Shown in pieces: positions 27,422-37,687 of a DNA stretch of 64,000 bases; position 1 is the first letter of the stretch, and each line of letters begins with the position of its first letter. The notes beneath the pieces are model-generated. The model was not told the origin of the DNA. It did no database searches and saw only the letters and a list, made by a program, of their open reading frames with translations. The stretch is from Clostridia bacterium (GTDB lineage: Bacteria; Bacillota; Clostridia; HGM11514): NCBI GenBank assembly GCA_045586685.1, contig JAZNAU010000038.1, positions 1-64,000 of the forward strand, written 5' to 3'. A program made the position numbers and the translations under genes.

Positions 27422-27498
27422 GGGGGTATAGCTCAGTTGGTTAGAGTGCTTGCTTGACATGCAAGAGGTCGCAGATTCGAGCTCTGCTATCCCCACCA
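27422..27498 (+). tRNA. tRNA-Val(GAC)
   Basis: Cloverleaf with anticodon arm CTTGC-TTGACAT-GCAAG, TTCGA T-loop and encoded CCA; upstream TTGACT-17-TATAAT; downstream terminator. Confidence 0.96.
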
Positions 27499-27558
27499 CC
27501 TTTAAAGAGGTTGCTGCAAACCATTTTGCAGCAACCTCTTTTTTTCTTCATTGTTCCA

Positions 27559-29061
27559 TCATTCAAATGTTCCATATCGTCCCACATATTCTTCCAGTGT
27601 TCCAATGTTGTTTTCCTTCATTTTCATGGAATGTTCTTTTCCAATATATCGGATATGCCACGGCTCGTCCATATACCCTGTTACATTCTGCCATGCCTTG
27701 GTATAACGAACGATAAATCCATATTCATGGCAATGATTTTTCACCCAGTTATATTGTGGACTCCCGGAATAACCATACACATCTATGGCCAGACCTGTAT
27801 GATGCTCGCTTAACCCCGGACGAGCACTGTAGGTATCCACATTAGCACGGGAATCTCCTGCCAAATAACCGTTATACAAATTTCTTTGGTATTGTACAGA
27901 ACGATATCCTGAAATAGCGCTCAAAGCAACGCCTTGTGTGGCTGCTGCTCGTTTCATTTCATCAAAAGCGTCCGCTGTCTCGGCACGAAGCACACAACCA
28001 TCTGAATTTTTCTTTAAATCTCCAGGGACATAATCATCAGGAATTTTATGATACTTATTTACAATTACAAGTGGGTCCTGATTCAGTTTATCATGACCTA
28101 TCACAACATAATCCTCATATTCCCTCAAATCAAGGCGGGCATTCACACGCCAAATCACATCCTTGGCGTAATAGCCTGTCCTTTCCTGATAAGCCTGATA
28201 ACGGTCTTCGTTCTCCTCACAGTATCCCGCACTTTTCCAATATTCCTTTGGTGCTGTTTTCTCCGTTGCAGAAAGCAGAGATACCAAATTGGAAGAAGGA
28301 GAATACGAAGCTCTTACAATCATTTCGCCATCGGCAGTAGTTATCATTTCCCCTATAAAGGCGTGCTGCAAAACGGAAAAGGAAATAGATTCATTGTATC
28401 TCGTATAGGTTTGATTCGTAAACAAAGAAACATTTTCACCAAAAGATTTTGCCGTTGCTTCTTCCACCTCTTGCATCAATTCCCTATAGTTTTCCTCATC
28501 CATTTTATAATAATCAGTCAAATTATCTTCGCTCTCTTTTCCAAATGAAAGGAGATGATCTTTATATTTTTCTTTTACAAAGCTCCGTAAATCAATATAA
28601 CCGCTTTCGGGAGTATAAATAATTGCCATTTTTGTTCCATCTGCACTGTTTTCGTAATAATCGACCGTACAGTCAAAGAGTTCTGCAACAAAACGCAAAG
28701 GAACATATGTATAGTCATAAACAACTAAAGGGGCAACATCAATTTGATAACATCGTTCATTTCCGTTTTGTTCTGTAAACACAAAACGATTCCCGATAAA
28801 CAACTGTACTCTCTTTTCGTCACTATCAATCAAAACAGACTTTTCTTCTGCATTCCAGGTAATTGTCGCACCCATTTCTTCAAAAACGCTGCGCAGAGAA
28901 ACCATAGTTCTTCCTTCCATAACAAAGGGTTTTGGGTCGCTTTTTATTTTCCTGTCATCTATCATAACAACTATTTCTGCTTGATCCGTCGCCTCCGCCC
29001 TTTGTATGAATGGCGCACATATCAGAATCAGTGCTAAAACGACGCCAAAATATTTCTTCAT
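27559..29061 (-). CDS. Secreted protein: copper-amine-oxidase-like N-terminal (stalk) domain + M15B VanY/LdcB-type carboxypeptidase
   Basis: Signal peptide; GRTMVSLR..E.MGA.I.W and TYVPLRFVAE; SGYRS, ARPG.SEH.TGLAID, EPWHIRY. Confidence 0.85.
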   Translation of the reverse strand: MKKYFGVVLALILICAPFIQRAEATDQAEIVVMIDDRKIKSDPKPFVMEGRTMVSLRSVFEEMGATITWNAEEKSVLIDSDEKRVQLFIGNRFVFTEQNGNERCYQIDVAPLVVYDYTYVPLRFVAELFDCTVDYYENSADGTKMAIIYTPESGYIDLRSFVKEKYKDHLLSFGKESEDNLTDYYKMDEENYRELMQEVEEATAKSFGENVSLFTNQTYTRYNESISFSVLQHAFIGEMITTADGEMIVRASYSPSSNLVSLLSATEKTAPKEYWKSAGYCEENEDRYQAYQERTGYYAKDVIWRVNARLDLREYEDYVVIGHDKLNQDPLVIVNKYHKIPDDYVPGDLKKNSDGCVLRAETADAFDEMKRAAATQGVALSAISGYRSVQYQRNLYNGYLAGDSRANVDTYSARPGLSEHHTGLAIDVYGYSGSPQYNWVKNHCHEYGFIVRYTKAWQNVTGYMDEPWHIRYIGKEHSMKMKENNIGTLEEYVGRYGTFE

Positions 29062-29339
29062 ATTATTTGTTCCTCCTTTATTCCAACGGGTTATTCACAA
29101 AAAGACAACAGCACCTTTCCTTTGTGTTCGCTGTTTCCGTTCCGTTTTAGGCAAAGTTTTTTACCATAATCAAATTATAACATATTTCATACAATTCGTC
29201 AAATGTCATAAAACCTTATTTATCTAATTTTTTGTATCGATATAATGTTAATTCATTTTTTTGAAAAAATATATTTATTTTTCAAAAAATGCTTGACATA
29301 TTTAAAAAGTTCTGCTATAATAATATATGTTGTTGAAAC

Positions 29340-29415
29340 GGGCGCATAGCTCAGCTGGGAGAGCATCTGCCTTACAAGCAGAGGGTCACAGGTTCGAGCC
29401 CTGTTGTGCCCACCA
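29340..29415 (+). tRNA. tRNA-Val(TAC)
   Basis: Cloverleaf with anticodon loop CTTACAA and CCA end; TTGACA-17-TATAAT promoter upstream; terminator at 29416-29443. Confidence 0.97.
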
Positions 29416-29447
29416 AAAAGGACTTGCAAATGCAAGTCCTTTTTCCT

Positions 29448-29789
29448 TTATTTATTCCACATCAAAAAATGATAGCTGTCCAAAATCTGAACATATTTTG
29501 CAAGACGTTCATATAAAGGATGTGCTTTTTCTCCAAATTGTTCTTCCACTTCTTTTCCTAAATCAATCAAGCTTTTTGTTCCGTCAAACCGTTGCCATAA
29601 AAAACTGCCCAGTTCATCCATATGAATATAGCTTATTTTTGGTTTTCTAAAGAGTTTTTGAGCGATTAGGTTCATAAATCCCTTGTTTTCAATGGCAAGG
29701 GTAACAATCCCTGCCTCATCTGCAGTCCAGTCAAGACCATTTGCCCGACAAGGGCGGCGTTCAAGATAATTTCCCTCTTTCATCTTCAT
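29448..29789 (-). CDS. PqqD-family (RRE-like) protein
   Basis: MDELGSFLWQRFDG..S...L...V...F winged-helix pattern; 3 nt downstream of the OPT gene. Confidence 0.75.
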   Translation of the reverse strand: MKMKEGNYLERRPCRANGLDWTADEAGIVTLAIENKGFMNLIAQKLFRKPKISYIHMDELGSFLWQRFDGTKSLIDLGKEVEEQFGEKAHPLYERLAKYVQILDSYHFLMWNK

Positions 29790-29792
29790 TGT

Positions 29793-31691
29793 TTAGCTTC
29801 TTTTCTTCCAAAGGGAAAATTTCAATACGCTCAAGATAATCAACCCAAATACCACCAGACTTCCAATATTAGAAACAAAAGTCGGAACAAGTCCGGACAG
29901 GTTGATTGCCTTATCGATACCGAATACTGCAAACAATGCAAGCAGGATTCCCACTAATCCTTCTCCGGCAATCATACCGGAACAGAACAAAATGCCGTCA
30001 TTTACAATCACTTTCTTTTCTTCTTCCTTACGTTTCATCTTATCTAATGCCAACCGAACCAATCCGCCAACCATAATGCATGCATTCAACTGTACAGGCA
30101 GATAAACGCCGATTGCAAAGGGAAGAACAGGAATACCAACAACTTCTGCAACAACAGCGATAAACACGCCGATAAATACCAATCCCCAAGGCAGATTGCC
30201 TTCCATAACGCCTTCTACAATCATTTTCATCAAAGTTGCCTGAGGAGCTGCCAGTTCTGCACTGCCAAAGCCCCATGCACTATCCAACAGATACAATGTT
30301 CCCCCGATTGCCAAAGCTGCTGCAACAACACCAATCACTTCGCCAATCTGTTGTTTCTTAGGGGTGGCACCCAGCAAGTAACCGGTCTTTAAATCCTGAG
30401 AGGTATCACCGGAAATTGCCGAAACAATACAAATAATAGAACCAATAGCAATGGCACTTGCCATGCCAACTGTACCGGCACTTCCTGTCAATTTCAGAAG
30501 CAAGGTTGCAATCAGCAAGGTTGCGATTGCCATACCGGAAACAGGGTTGTTACTGCTTCCAACCAAACCTACCATACGGGAGGAAACAGTTGCAAAAAAG
30601 AAACCAAAAACAACAACAATCACTGCCCCCAGCAAGGTTACAGGAATTGCAGGAACCAACCATACCAGTAAGGTCAGGATAACAAGGGCAATCAAAACAA
30701 TTGTCATACTCAAATCCTGAGCTGTACGCAAATTACTGCTTGACTTACTGCCTGCAACACTCTTCATAGCACCTGCAAAGGTGGTGATAATCAAAGGTAA
30801 AGATTTAATCAGACTGATAATTCCCCCTGCCGCCAGAGCACCGGCACCAAGATATCTGATATAAGAACCCCATATTGCACCTGCTCCACCATCAGCATAC
30901 ATTTGTCCGATGGAAGCTGTGCCGGGATAAAGCACAATTTCTGCACCAAATAATACAATCAAAGGAATCAGGACTAACCAGCTTAATACACCGCCGGCGA
31001 ACATATAAGAAGAAATTCTTGGTCCGCAAATATAGCCAACGCTCATAACAGCGGGATATATCTGAGTTCCAATTTCACCGGCAAAGCCCTTTACCGAAGC
31101 AGATACTTCCCCGGCAACCAATTTCAAACCATCAATGATAAACTTAAAAACAGCGGCAAACCCCATACCTGCAAACACTGTTGATGCATTCGCTCCGCCT
31201 TTTTCCCCTGCTAAAAGAACCTCAGCACAAGCTGTTCCTTCCGGATAAGGAAGAACCCCGTGTTCTTTCACAATCAAAGCATTCCTCAAAGGAACCATAA
31301 AAAACACACCAAGCAAACCGCCAAGAAGTGCAATCAAGGTAATTTCCATAATCCCCGGCTTGTCCATCACGCCGTCCTTTGCCCACAGAAACAATGCAGG
31401 AAGCGTAAAAATCGCACCGGCTGCCAAGGATTCTCCAGCAGAACCGACCGTCTGAACAATGTTACTTTCTAAGATGGAGTTTTTCCGCATAATCACACGG
31501 ATAACTCCCATTGCAATTACCGCAGCAGGAATAGATGCCGAAACGGTCATTCCTACTCTCAATCCCAGATAGGCATTTGCTGCACCAAATACCACAGCCA
31601 AAATAATCCCCATAATAATTGATGTTACAGTAATTTCGGGAGTAATTTTTTCTGCCGGGATATAAGGTTTAAAATTATTATGCTGTTCCAT
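29793..31691 (-). CDS. OPT-family oligopeptide transporter (YSL-like clade)
   Basis: ANAYLGLRVG, SIPAAVI, YPEGTACA, SNNPVSG, QDLKTG.L.GATP, APQA.LM. Confidence 0.93.
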   Translation of the reverse strand: MEQHNNFKPYIPAEKITPEITVTSIIMGIILAVVFGAANAYLGLRVGMTVSASIPAAVIAMGVIRVIMRKNSILESNIVQTVGSAGESLAAGAIFTLPALFLWAKDGVMDKPGIMEITLIALLGGLLGVFFMVPLRNALIVKEHGVLPYPEGTACAEVLLAGEKGGANASTVFAGMGFAAVFKFIIDGLKLVAGEVSASVKGFAGEIGTQIYPAVMSVGYICGPRISSYMFAGGVLSWLVLIPLIVLFGAEIVLYPGTASIGQMYADGGAGAIWGSYIRYLGAGALAAGGIISLIKSLPLIITTFAGAMKSVAGSKSSSNLRTAQDLSMTIVLIALVILTLLVWLVPAIPVTLLGAVIVVVFGFFFATVSSRMVGLVGSSNNPVSGMAIATLLIATLLLKLTGSAGTVGMASAIAIGSIICIVSAISGDTSQDLKTGYLLGATPKKQQIGEVIGVVAAALAIGGTLYLLDSAWGFGSAELAAPQATLMKMIVEGVMEGNLPWGLVFIGVFIAVVAEVVGIPVLPFAIGVYLPVQLNACIMVGGLVRLALDKMKRKEEEKKVIVNDGILFCSGMIAGEGLVGILLALFAVFGIDKAINLSGLVPTFVSNIGSLVVFGLIILSVLKFSLWKKRS

Positions 31692-31784
31692 AAACCTTCT
31701 CCGTTTCCGCCGTATCAATACGGCATATTTTATACCAATTCATTATACCATAGGTCGACAAAAATTTCAATAACAAAATAATTC

Positions 31785-32231
31785 CTATAACAATTTTTCT
31801 AGCAATCCGGTACAACCCCGAACAATATCATCATAGGTCACATAAAAATTTCCGGTATACCAAGGATCTGCAATATCCCCGCCCTCTGCAAAATCCAATA
31901 ATTTGCATACTTTGTTATCCTTATCTTCCCCAATAATACGAAGAATATTTCTTACATTCATGGAATCCATGGCAATCAAGTAATCATATTCCTGGTAATC
32001 AGCTTTCGTCAGTTGAACAGCGTATTTCCCCGCTGTTGAAATTCCCACCTCTGCCAATTTTTCTCTTGTTCCGTAATGAACAGGATTTCCCAGTTCTTCA
32101 CGACTGGTAGCAGAAGATGCAATTTGAAAGGAATCCTCCACCCGTTTCTTTTTCACCATATCTTTTAATACAAACTCAGCCATAGGGCTTCTGCAAATAT
32201 TTCCATGGCAAACAAACATTATTTTTATCAT
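31785..32231 (-). CDS. Low-molecular-weight protein tyrosine phosphatase
   Basis: FVCHGNICRSP P-loop; DIADPWY. Confidence 0.95.
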   Translation of the reverse strand: MIKIMFVCHGNICRSPMAEFVLKDMVKKKRVEDSFQIASSATSREELGNPVHYGTREKLAEVGISTAGKYAVQLTKADYQEYDYLIAMDSMNVRNILRIIGEDKDNKVCKLLDFAEGGDIADPWYTGNFYVTYDDIVRGCTGLLEKLL

Positions 32232-32285
32232 CGTTTCCTCCGAAAAAAACCGATGCAGATTTTCCGCATCGGTTGATTGGTTTTC

Positions 32286-33311
32286 TTATTTAATAACTTT
32301 AATCCAGCCTTCCGGTGCCTGTAAACGCCCCATCTGAATACCGGTCAGAGTATCGTACAACTTCTTGGTTACAGGACCCATCTCGGTCATACCGCTGGGC
32401 AAACAAATTTCTTTCCCGTGATCCACAATCTTACCAACAGGCGAAATAACAGCTGCAGTTCCGCACAGACCACATTCTGCCATATCATATACTTCTTCTA
32501 ATGCGATAGGCCGTTCTTCCACCTCCAGACCTAAATAGTCTTTTGCAACAATCATCAAAGAACGTCTGGTAATAGAAGGCAGGATGCTATCAGATTTAGG
32601 TGTCACAATCTTATTATCCTTAGTAACAAAAATAAAGTTTGCACCGCCTGTTTCTTCAACATAAGTATGGGTTGCAGCATCCAGATACATATTTTCATCA
32701 AAGCCCTTGTTATGAGCATCCACAATAGCATGCAAGCTCATTGCATAGTTAAGACCTGCTTTTACATGGCCTGTTCCGTTAGGAGCTGCACGGTCAAAAT
32801 CACTGACACGGATAGTAAGAGGTTTCACACCGCCTTTAAAATATGGACCAACAGGCGTTGCCAGAATTCTAAACTGAAATTCATCTGCCGGTTTTACACC
32901 GATTACAGGATTGGTTCCAAACATAAAGGGACGTAGGTAAAGGGTTGCACCGCTTCCGTAAGGAGGAACAAAATCCTCGTTTGCTTCTACGGTTTTTACT
33001 ACAGCTTCAACAAATTTATCTTCAGGAAAAACTGGCATTTCCAATCTTTTTGCAGATGCCGCCATACGCTCTGCATTCAAGTCAGGGCGAAACACAACAA
33101 TATTCCCCTTTTCCGTTGTATAGGCTTTCAAGCCTTCAAAACAGGTTTGGGCATACTGCAATACACAGGCACATTCATTTAATACAATGTTGTTGTCATC
33201 ACTTAATACGCCTTCATCCCATGCACCGTCTTTAAATTCCGATACATAGCGTTTATCCGTTTTTATATAGCCAAATCCAAGGCTTCCCCAATCAATATCC
33301 TTTTTTGCCAT
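32286..33311 (-). CDS. ilvE: Branched-chain amino acid aminotransferase
   Basis: LQYAQ.CFEGLKAY, LYLRP, K.GLNYA, EE.GGAN, ILPSITR, GTAAVISP. Confidence 0.96.
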   Translation of the reverse strand: MAKKDIDWGSLGFGYIKTDKRYVSEFKDGAWDEGVLSDDNNIVLNECACVLQYAQTCFEGLKAYTTEKGNIVVFRPDLNAERMAASAKRLEMPVFPEDKFVEAVVKTVEANEDFVPPYGSGATLYLRPFMFGTNPVIGVKPADEFQFRILATPVGPYFKGGVKPLTIRVSDFDRAAPNGTGHVKAGLNYAMSLHAIVDAHNKGFDENMYLDAATHTYVEETGGANFIFVTKDNKIVTPKSDSILPSITRRSLMIVAKDYLGLEVEERPIALEEVYDMAECGLCGTAAVISPVGKIVDHGKEICLPSGMTEMGPVTKKLYDTLTGIQMGRLQAPEGWIKVIK

Positions 33312-33431
33312 TTTGATTCATCCTCTCTGTAAAACATTTATTTAATTCATTATATCATAAAAAAATTTGAATTACAATAGTTTTTCTGAGAAAAAAGAAA
33401 TTCCTGACAGATTCTCTATCAGAAATTCTCG

Positions 33432-34466
33432 TTATTTTAAATTCAATTTTCCCATCTGGTCTTTTACAAGTTTGAACTGAGTTCTTGCGCGATCCAAATT
33501 TTGTTCGGGATAGTTTGTTTTAAAATAGATATCCCCATTCAAATAATCAGCCAGAAATCTGATTCCGCATTCATAAGTCATAATGACAATCGACCATGGA
33601 AGTAATTCCTGTTCCTTTGGTGTCACAGTGTCCCCTGCTTCTTCTAAAAAGCCTTTTGTAAATGCCTCGTAAATAGGCATTACAAAATAAATTTTATCCA
33701 AATCCTTTTCATCTTCCGGTCCGCTACTGGCTCCGAATCGGAGAGCATCACCGTAATCATATAACAAAGAGCCGGGCATAACTGTATCCAAATCGATGAC
33801 ACAAATCCCCTCACCCGTATCGTCATCTAACATAATATTATTAAACTTCGTATCATTATGAGTTACTCTTAACGGCACCTCTCCAGACTTTATTGCATCG
33901 GTAATCAAAGAGGCATATTTGCTGATTTCCATTGCAAACTCCAGCTCCGATTGAACAATATCCAATCTGCCTGCGCGGTTATCCAAAACCGCCTGACGTA
34001 ATTGTGCTACTCGTTTGGGAGTATCATGAAACTGCACAATTGTTTCATGCAACTGTTCTACAGGAAAATCAGCAAGACGTTTCTGAAATTTCCCAATTAC
34101 TTTTGCCGCCTGATACATCTGCTGGGAAGATTGCGGAAGATTATATGTAGTTGCTCTATCTACAAAATTGTAAACACGGTAACAATCATTTCCATCCTGC
34201 AAATAATTGTCACCCTCTGTAGTTTTAACGACAGAAAGGGTTTCACGACAAGGATCTCCCCCTTCGGCTAAAATCTTCTTTTTCAAGTGCTCTGTAACTG
34301 CCAGTATGTTTTCCATGACCTGATCAGGTCTTTTAAACACAGTTGTATTGATTCTTTGCAAAATATAATTTCGATTACTTTTTGCAAGATAAGTATCATT
34401 GATATGTCCATCTCCGTAAGACTCTATCTCCACATCAATATCAAACTTTTTTAAAATTTCTTTCAA
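33432..34466 (-). CDS. Phosphotransferase, N-acetylhexosamine 1-kinase (NahK)-like
   Basis: G.GHINDTY, YILQRIN, HNDTKFNN, IDLDTVMPG, RFLADYL.GD.YF; probable TTG start coupled to the upstream stop. Confidence 0.8.
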   Translation of the reverse strand: MKEILKKFDIDVEIESYGDGHINDTYLAKSNRNYILQRINTTVFKRPDQVMENILAVTEHLKKKILAEGGDPCRETLSVVKTTEGDNYLQDGNDCYRVYNFVDRATTYNLPQSSQQMYQAAKVIGKFQKRLADFPVEQLHETIVQFHDTPKRVAQLRQAVLDNRAGRLDIVQSELEFAMEISKYASLITDAIKSGEVPLRVTHNDTKFNNIMLDDDTGEGICVIDLDTVMPGSLLYDYGDALRFGASSGPEDEKDLDKIYFVMPIYEAFTKGFLEEAGDTVTPKEQELLPWSIVIMTYECGIRFLADYLNGDIYFKTNYPEQNLDRARTQFKLVKDQMGKLNLK

Positions 34467-34467
34467 A

Positions 34468-35304
34468 CTATAAGCCAATATACTGGCCTTCTTCCCACAA
34501 TTCCTTGAGTGCCTCCTGTACACCGGGAGTATCCTCCCGATAGGTAACACCATGCCAGCGGTCAGTTGTTACAAACACCTGAACTTCTTCCCCTTTGGAG
34601 ATTTCGTTGTCAATAACAAAGGGCAGATACAACTCCTGTTTCAAGGGATTGGTCAGATTTTGGGTAAATGCATAGAATTCCCGCTCCAGCACATCAAAAA
34701 ACTCAGGCTTTAACCCCCAAAAGTTCATAGATACAATCGTATCTTCCGAAAGACCGCTGTTTTTATCCAAATCAGTATGCTCTGTTACATTAAGCAGACG
34801 ACCATTTTCGGTTTTACAAACTCCGCGGCATACCGTTCCGTTTTCAGTCAAGGTGTTTCCCAACAAATAACCCGCCATACAACTTCCACCGCCGTTTTTC
34901 AAATGGTTGGCAACTAATTCATAGGCTTTTTTTCCATAAAAATCATCCGCATTGATGGCAGCAAAGGGGGTTTTTACTTTCTCTTTTGCACAAAGCACTG
35001 CGTGTGCCGTTCCCCAAGGCTTGGTTCTTCCTTCCGGAAATGCACCTTTCAGATAAGAATCAGGCTTTTGAAATGCATAATCCACATCCATAAATCGACG
35101 TGCTCTTTTGCCGACAGTATTGTCAAAATCCTCAAGCATTTCTTCTTTAATGACAAAAACCACTTTGTTGAATCCTGCTTTTGCTGCATCATAAACAGAA
35201 AAATCCAAAATAGCTTGACCGTCCGGTCCCATCGGTGCCATCTGCTTGAGGCCACCAAAACGACTGCCCATTCCGGCTGCCATTACAAGTAATATCAAGT
35301 CCAT
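34468..35304 (-). CDS. Sugar-phosphate nucleotidyltransferase
   Basis: MAAGMGSRFGGLKQ, KPWGTAHA, INADDFYG, VSMN.WG, W.GVTY.ED. Confidence 0.88.
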   Translation of the reverse strand: MDLILLVMAAGMGSRFGGLKQMAPMGPDGQAILDFSVYDAAKAGFNKVVFVIKEEMLEDFDNTVGKRARRFMDVDYAFQKPDSYLKGAFPEGRTKPWGTAHAVLCAKEKVKTPFAAINADDFYGKKAYELVANHLKNGGGSCMAGYLLGNTLTENGTVCRGVCKTENGRLLNVTEHTDLDKNSGLSEDTIVSMNFWGLKPEFFDVLEREFYAFTQNLTNPLKQELYLPFVIDNEISKGEEVQVFVTTDRWHGVTYREDTPGVQEALKELWEEGQYIGL

Positions 35305-35403
35305 ACAAATCCTCCTCATTAAGGTAGTACCAATATATAAAAACACACCAAAAGAACGCTCTTTAAAGCGTTCTTTTGTTATTCATAAAAAATTATGATC
35401 CAA

Positions 35404-35916
35404 TTAGTTTTGAGGAATGGAAAGTTCTCTGCGGTTATCTTCAATCAAATCGAGCGCATCGTTAATGTTGCTCAAAGAAGCCTTTGCATCACTCAATGAT
35501 TTATTTAACACTTCCTGACTGTCAATAATCACTTCTTCAACCTTCGCAAGCAAACCGTCGGAATATTGAATAATACTTTCGCGAATTTCACGGGCATTTT
35601 CCTGAGCCTGATCCACAATTTCTTCAGCTTTTTGCTGAGCCTGAACAACAACAGTCTCTTCCATTACCATTTCTTCAGCCTTTGCTTTTGCATCGGCGAT
35701 AATTCGATCTGCCTCATTTTGAGCCTCATGCAAAATATGTTGACGTTCTTCCTTGACCCATCTTGCCTGTTTTAAATCTTCAGGCAGGTTCAAGCGGATT
35801 TCTTCAATCAAATCCAACAATTCTTCCTTGTCCATTAAACTTTTTCCGGACAGCGGAATTGATGCACCCTTTTCCACAGTTTCTTCCAATACATCAATCA
35901 ATTCTAATAAATCCAT
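35404..35916 (-). CDS. Conserved coiled-coil protein downstream of coaD (DivIVA/ATP synthase b-like)
   Basis: LP.DL..A.W...ER..IL..A..EA..I pattern in the typical rsmD-coaD-X context. Confidence 0.7.
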   Translation of the reverse strand: MDLLELIDVLEETVEKGASIPLSGKSLMDKEELLDLIEEIRLNLPEDLKQARWVKEERQHILHEAQNEADRIIADAKAKAEEMVMEETVVVQAQQKAEEIVDQAQENAREIRESIIQYSDGLLAKVEEVIIDSQEVLNKSLSDAKASLSNINDALDLIEDNRRELSIPQN

Positions 35917-35921
35917 TTCTT

Positions 35922-36413
35922 TTATTCCCCTTTCGGTTTCATTAGCTTTTTGTAAATTAACGGTATAATTTTTTCGGGCACCATACCTTCCAGCTTACCG
36001 CCATGATAAGCCAGTTCCCGCACAATGCTTGAACTTAAAAATGAATAATCAGTGCTTGTCATCATAAATAATGTCTCAATTTCAGGATTTTGCTTACGAT
36101 TGGCCATTGCCATCTGAAGTTCATATTCAAAATCAGATACCGCACGCAAACCCTTAATAATTGTCTGAGCCTTTTTTAATGTTGTGTAATCAACCAAAAG
36201 TCCGTCAAAGGTATCGATTTCAACGTTTTTCAAATGCTCTGTCGAAACCTTAAGCATATCCAGCTTTTCGTTAACGGAAAAAGCGGGATGCTTGGTACTG
36301 TTATGCAGAACTGCAACAATCACACGGTCAAAGATTTTTGCAGAACGTTCAATAATATCAAGATGACCGTTTGTAACCGGATCAAAGCTTCCGGGATATA
36401 CAGCAATTTTCAT
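35922..36413 (-). CDS. coaD: Phosphopetetheine (phosphopantetheine) adenylyltransferase
   Basis: [33 protein letters not shown]. Confidence 0.97.
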   Translation of the reverse strand: MKIAVYPGSFDPVTNGHLDIIERSAKIFDRVIVAVLHNSTKHPAFSVNEKLDMLKVSTEHLKNVEIDTFDGLLVDYTTLKKAQTIIKGLRAVSDFEYELQMAMANRKQNPEIETLFMMTSTDYSFLSSSIVRELAYHGGKLEGMVPEKIIPLIYKKLMKPKGE

Positions 36414-36414
36414 C

Positions 36415-36954
36415 TTACTCTCTCCTCTGATAAATAAGCACACCTATGCTGCCATAGTAATTTTGCCGATACAGAGAAAATGCTTCGTTATGAACAGGTT
36501 CTGTTTTTTTGTCACATTCATAAATCAAGAATCCGCCTGGCTCAATGCTTTCAGCACAAAGCTGAAGCAAACGAGGCAATATTTTCATTGCATAAGGAGG
36601 ATCAGCAAAAATCAACGTATACTGTTTTCTGTTTTGCTTACAAAATCCTTCCCAATCAATCTTTTTTAATAAAGCTCGTTCTTTCAGATGCGTATGTTCC
36701 AAATTTTCTTCTGCTACTTTCAATGACCGTGGAGACCCATCAACAAATGTTGCATGAATTGCCCCTCTTGACAAGGCTTCTATTCCCAATGCACCGGAAC
36801 CGCAGAACAAATCAAGCACTGTAGCGCCTGATATTGAAAACTGAATCATATTAAACATGGCTCCCTTTACTTTATCAGTAGTGGGACGAACCAAGTCCGT
36901 TCCAAAAACAGTTTTCAATTTTGTTCCCCGTGCTGTGCCGGAAATGACTCTCAC
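36415..36954 (-). CDS. rsmD: 16S rRNA m2G966 methyltransferase
   Basis: [35 protein letters not shown]. Confidence 0.95.
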   Translation of the reverse strand: MRVISGTARGTKLKTVFGTDLVRPTTDKVKGAMFNMIQFSISGATVLDLFCGSGALGIEALSRGAIHATFVDGSPRSLKVAEENLEHTHLKERALLKKIDWEGFCKQNRKQYTLIFADPPYAMKILPRLLQLCAESIEPGGFLIYECDKKTEPVHNEAFSLYRQNYYGSIGVLIYQRRE

Positions 36955-37093
36955 ACAAAATCCCCCGCAATTTTACTCTATATTACTATTTTACAATATA
37001 TCAGAATTTTGTCAATAGTATTTTGAAAATTTATTAGAAAAAATTATTTCTTTTTTATTGCATTTTTTGAACAAAAATTACATATTGATTGCT

Positions 37094-37687
37094 TTAGTGA
37101 GTCAAGTCTGTCGGTAAAAAAGTATTTTCACATCGAAACAATCCCTTTTCCGTCACTAATGCATTCATTTTTATATCATGGGATTCGGAAGGAATATGTT
37201 CGTAAACCTGAAATTCAAAACAAAACCCTATCAAATCTGCCGAAGAATCCTTCAAAAGTCTGTCATAACAGCCTTTTCCGAAGCCCACTCTGTTGCCTGC
37301 TTTATCAAACGCAATTCCGGGAACAAGAATCACATCTGTTTTTGACATATCTGCCATCTGTGTTCCCAACGGCTCTGACACGGAAAATGCTCCTTTTAAA
37401 AACTTTGTATCGGGCAAAGCATAAAACGGAGTAATTTCGCCGCTTTTTTCATCTGTTACAGGAAAAACCACCGTCTTTCCGTCACGAAATGCAGCCTTAA
37501 CAATAACAGATGTATCTGTTTCGTTTCCTAAAGGCATATAAAGCATAAGCTGTTTACTGTTTTTATAGTAATTACTTGCCAAAAAAAAGTTTGCCGCAAC
37601 AGTGCTTTTTTGTATCACATCTTCTTTTTTCATGGCAGAACGCATTTTTTTTGTTTGTTTTCGAATTTCACTTTTCATCTTCATCAC
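37094..37687 (-). CDS. 5-formyltetrahydrofolate cyclo-ligase
   Basis: VPGIAFD..GNRVGFGKGCYDR; HD..M. Confidence 0.93.
   Translation of the reverse strand: MMKMKSEIRKQTKKMRSAMKKEDVIQKSTVAANFFLASNYYKNSKQLMLYMPLGNETDTSVIVKAAFRDGKTVVFPVTDEKSGEITPFYALPDTKFLKGAFSVSEPLGTQMADMSKTDVILVPGIAFDKAGNRVGFGKGCYDRLLKDSSADLIGFCFEFQVYEHIPSESHDIKMNALVTEKGLFRCENTFLPTDLTH

Noticed and set aside
29075-29160. Cyclic dinucleotide riboswitch upstream of the M15B peptidase
   Set aside because: Some pairing is possible, but the c-di-GMP-I/II and c-di-AMP consensus nucleotides are not present.
27422-29415. Genomic island or vancomycin-resistance cassette between two tRNA-Val genes
   Set aside because: Both tRNAs are complete, different isoacceptors with their own promoters; there is no integrase or 3' tRNA duplication, and no vanHAX/vanRS.
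33432-34466. Aminoglycoside resistance phosphotransferase
   Set aside because: Motifs and the nucleotidyltransferase partner fit the NahK-like sugar kinase branch.
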